A DNA stretch of 64,000 nt from an uncultured Clostridia bacterium (GTDB lineage: Bacteria; Bacillota; Clostridia; Christensenellales; UBA1750). This document shows, in pieces, positions 62,273 through 64,000 of this stretch. Position numbers and translations under genes: made by a program. The notes below the pieces were generated by a model. That model searched no databases, was not told where the DNA came from, and worked only from the letters and a program-made list of their open reading frames with translations. The stretch spans positions 57,229-121,228 of the forward strand of contig CALWRM010000015.1 in assembly GCA_944383925.1 (NCBI GenBank), in the 5' to 3' direction. Each line of letters starts with the position of its first letter. Positions within the stretch are counted from its first letter, which is position 1.

Positions 62273-63925
62273 ATGAGCAAGAAGATTCTGTCTCTGCTCC
62301 TCGTGCTGGCGATGGTGTTCGTATTCGCCGCCTGCCAGCCCACGACGAGCACGTCTCCTTCGGACGATGCCGGCACGGAATCCCCCGCGGCCGAACCGTC
62401 TGAGGATGGCGAAGAAGCCACCGAGCCCACCGAGCCTACGACGACCGGTGACGCCTACGAAATCACCTACATGATGTATTCCACCACTTCTTCCGACCAG
62501 GATGCGGTTGTGGAAGCTGCCATCAACGAGTACATTCAGCCCCTGATCAACGCCACCATCGATTTCATCATGATCCCGGCTGGCGACTGGAAGGAAAAGG
62601 TCCTGACTCCCTTGCAGTCCGGTGAAAAGATGGACATCATCTTCACCCCTGAATGGGTGTACTACATGGACAACATCTCCAAGGGCCTGTTGCTGGCTCT
62701 GGACGATCCCGAGGGCCCCTATGGTGATCTGATGAACACCTACGCCCCCGAGGCCGTGGAAAATCTGGGCGCCTTCATCTCCGCCAACAGGGTCAATGGC
62801 TACCTGTACGGCTTCGCGACCAAGAAGGAGTTGTGCGTGCCTGGCGGTTTGATGTGGAATGCCGACTATGTTGAGAAGTACAACATCGACATCACCACCG
62901 TTGAGACCCTTGCCGACATGGAGCAGTACCTGAAGATGTTCGTCGAGGATCCCGACAACGCTGGCGTGTATCCCCTGCTGTCCACCGGCGGCTGGTCTCA
63001 CGAGTCTCCCTTCATCCAGGGCTTCGTGAGCAACGTTGAGCCTGTTGTCATGCGCATGGGCAACCCCGGTGAGGAGCAGGTTCCCGAGTCCTATTGGGAA
63101 GCTCCCGAGACCAAGGCCTTCTGCCAGACCATGGAGAAGTTCTATCAGGCTGGTTACCTGCATCCCGATTCCTACCTGACCTCCTTCTCCAACATGGACT
63201 ACCTCAACGCTGGCCAGTTCATGGTTTCCACCGACTACGTCCTCAAGGGCGGCCAGGTGAAGGCCAACGAGCTGATGGCTCAGTCCGGTAACTCCGAGCT
63301 GCGCCTGGTTGAGTACCAGACCCACAAGAACAACAGCTCCGGCAACACCAACGTCAACGTGACCACCCATGCCGGCGGCTCCATGCTCGGCATCCCCGTG
63401 ACCTCTAAGAACCCCGTGGCTGCCATGCAGTACATCAACCTGATGCACATGGACACCACCGTTCTGAACCTGATGGCTTGGGGCGTTGAGGGCGTGCACT
63501 ACAACCTGACCGAGGATGGCTACGCTGATCCCATTGACAACAATGGTTGGAACAATGCTCACGGCGGCATGTGGACCATCGGCGACCAGTTCAAGCAGAT
63601 CATCTCCGCCAACGAAGATCCCGCTAAGTACGAGCAGATGTTGGCTCTGACCGCTGAGGCTTGGAACCACTGCTCTTTGGGCTTCCGCTTCGTGCCCGAT
63701 GCGGTTGCTTCCCAGATCACCGCTATGACCACCGTGTCTGATTCCTACTCTCGCTCCATGCGTACTGGCGTTGGCGTCACCGACAACTATGACTCCTTCG
63801 TCCAGCAGCTGTACGATGCTGGCCTGCAGACCGTTCTGGATGCCATCACCGAGCAGTACAACGCTTGGAAGGCCGAGAACCCCACCGATCCCGGCGCTGC
63901 TTGGGAAGTGTCTGTGAACGAGTAA
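62273..63925 (+). CDS. Extracellular solute-binding lipoprotein, large LplA-type (about 550 aa)
   Basis: Lipobox VFVFAAC, a Ser/Thr/Glu/Pro linker, and a large family-1 SBP body. AGGAGGAG RBS. Confidence 0.88.
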   Translation: MSKKILSLLLVLAMVFVFAACQPTTSTSPSDDAGTESPAAEPSEDGEEATEPTEPTTTGDAYEITYMMYSTTSSDQDAVVEAAINEYIQPLINATIDFIMIPAGDWKEKVLTPLQSGEKMDIIFTPEWVYYMDNISKGLLLALDDPEGPYGDLMNTYAPEAVENLGAFISANRVNGYLYGFATKKELCVPGGLMWNADYVEKYNIDITTVETLADMEQYLKMFVEDPDNAGVYPLLSTGGWSHESPFIQGFVSNVEPVVMRMGNPGEEQVPESYWEAPETKAFCQTMEKFYQAGYLHPDSYLTSFSNMDYLNAGQFMVSTDYVLKGGQVKANELMAQSGNSELRLVEYQTHKNNSSGNTNVNVTTHAGGSMLGIPVTSKNPVAAMQYINLMHMDTTVLNLMAWGVEGVHYNLTEDGYADPIDNNGWNNAHGGMWTIGDQFKQIISANEDPAKYEQMLALTAEAWNHCSLGFRFVPDAVASQITAMTTVSDSYSRSMRTGVGVTDNYDSFVQQLYDAGLQTVLDAITEQYNAWKAENPTDPGAAWEVSVNE

Positions 63926-63962
63926 TCGCTCCGGTTACCGTGGGCTAAGGCTCTAAACACGG

Positions 63963-64000
63963 GCGCCCCCGCCTCCTGTAGAGGAGACGGGGGCGCTTTT
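63963..64000 (+). terminator. Rho-independent terminator after SBP gene
   Basis: GCGCCCCCGcctc-ctgta-gaggagaCGGGGGCGC followed by TTTT at the window edge. Confidence 0.8.

Overview
This is a 64 kb chromosomal window from a high-GC Firmicute, Clostridia-like. Sampled 60-nt lines run about 63-73% GC over most of it. It is densely packed with about 60 protein genes and one tRNA.

I see no rRNA, CRISPR array, transposase, integrase, phage genes or recognisable defence genes.

Gene content, left to right:
- rodA, spoIVFA-like and spoIVFB.
- A radical-SAM gene, its DUF2344-type partner and RNase G.
- The rplU-prp-rpmA ribosomal operon, then ogg and an SDR epimerase.
- A secreted beta-helix/SH3b protein, an XRE regulator and tRNA-Pro(GGG).
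- Sugar oxidoreductase and isomerase genes, hflKC, and the DUF512-der-plsY operon.
- A nucleoside salvage/repair operon, a stand-alone EF-G paralog and a D,D-carboxypeptidase.
- An AraM/AraL-like glycerol-1-phosphate dehydrogenase plus HAD pair, and a nucleotidyltransferase fused to a PGM-like domain.
- RNase J, ylbF-like, mltG and a U32 peptidase.
- An XRE-flanked accessory stretch with APH-, Nim/PNPOx-, AAC(6')- and GNAT-like genes and an interrupted ASCH gene.
- rlmD, a GH78-like glycosidase and a DUF402 gene.
- An ApbE / NusG-II / Gx-transporter cluster, yhaM, apgM and manA.
- A 0.6 kb AT-rich, C-depleted non-coding island leading into an LplABC-type sugar ABC operon.

I do not find a convincing, self-contained novel multi-gene system in this window. 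The items most worth a second look are:
- the AT-rich, GGA-rich island at 59545-60162;
- the uncharacterised radical-SAM/DUF2344/RNase G block next to the L21 operon;
- the AraM/AraL-like pair;
- the fusion protein whose PGM-like half appears to lack its catalytic motifs;
- the RNase J leader hairpin;
- the compositionally mosaic surface protein;
- the four-gene operon under a consensus promoter at 42506-45341, and the ASCH gene with an in-frame stop.

All family assignments come from reading motifs in the supplied translations and from memory of family signatures. No database search was run. Many long ORFs in the six-frame track that lie antisense to real genes are high-GC artefacts and are not reported as features.
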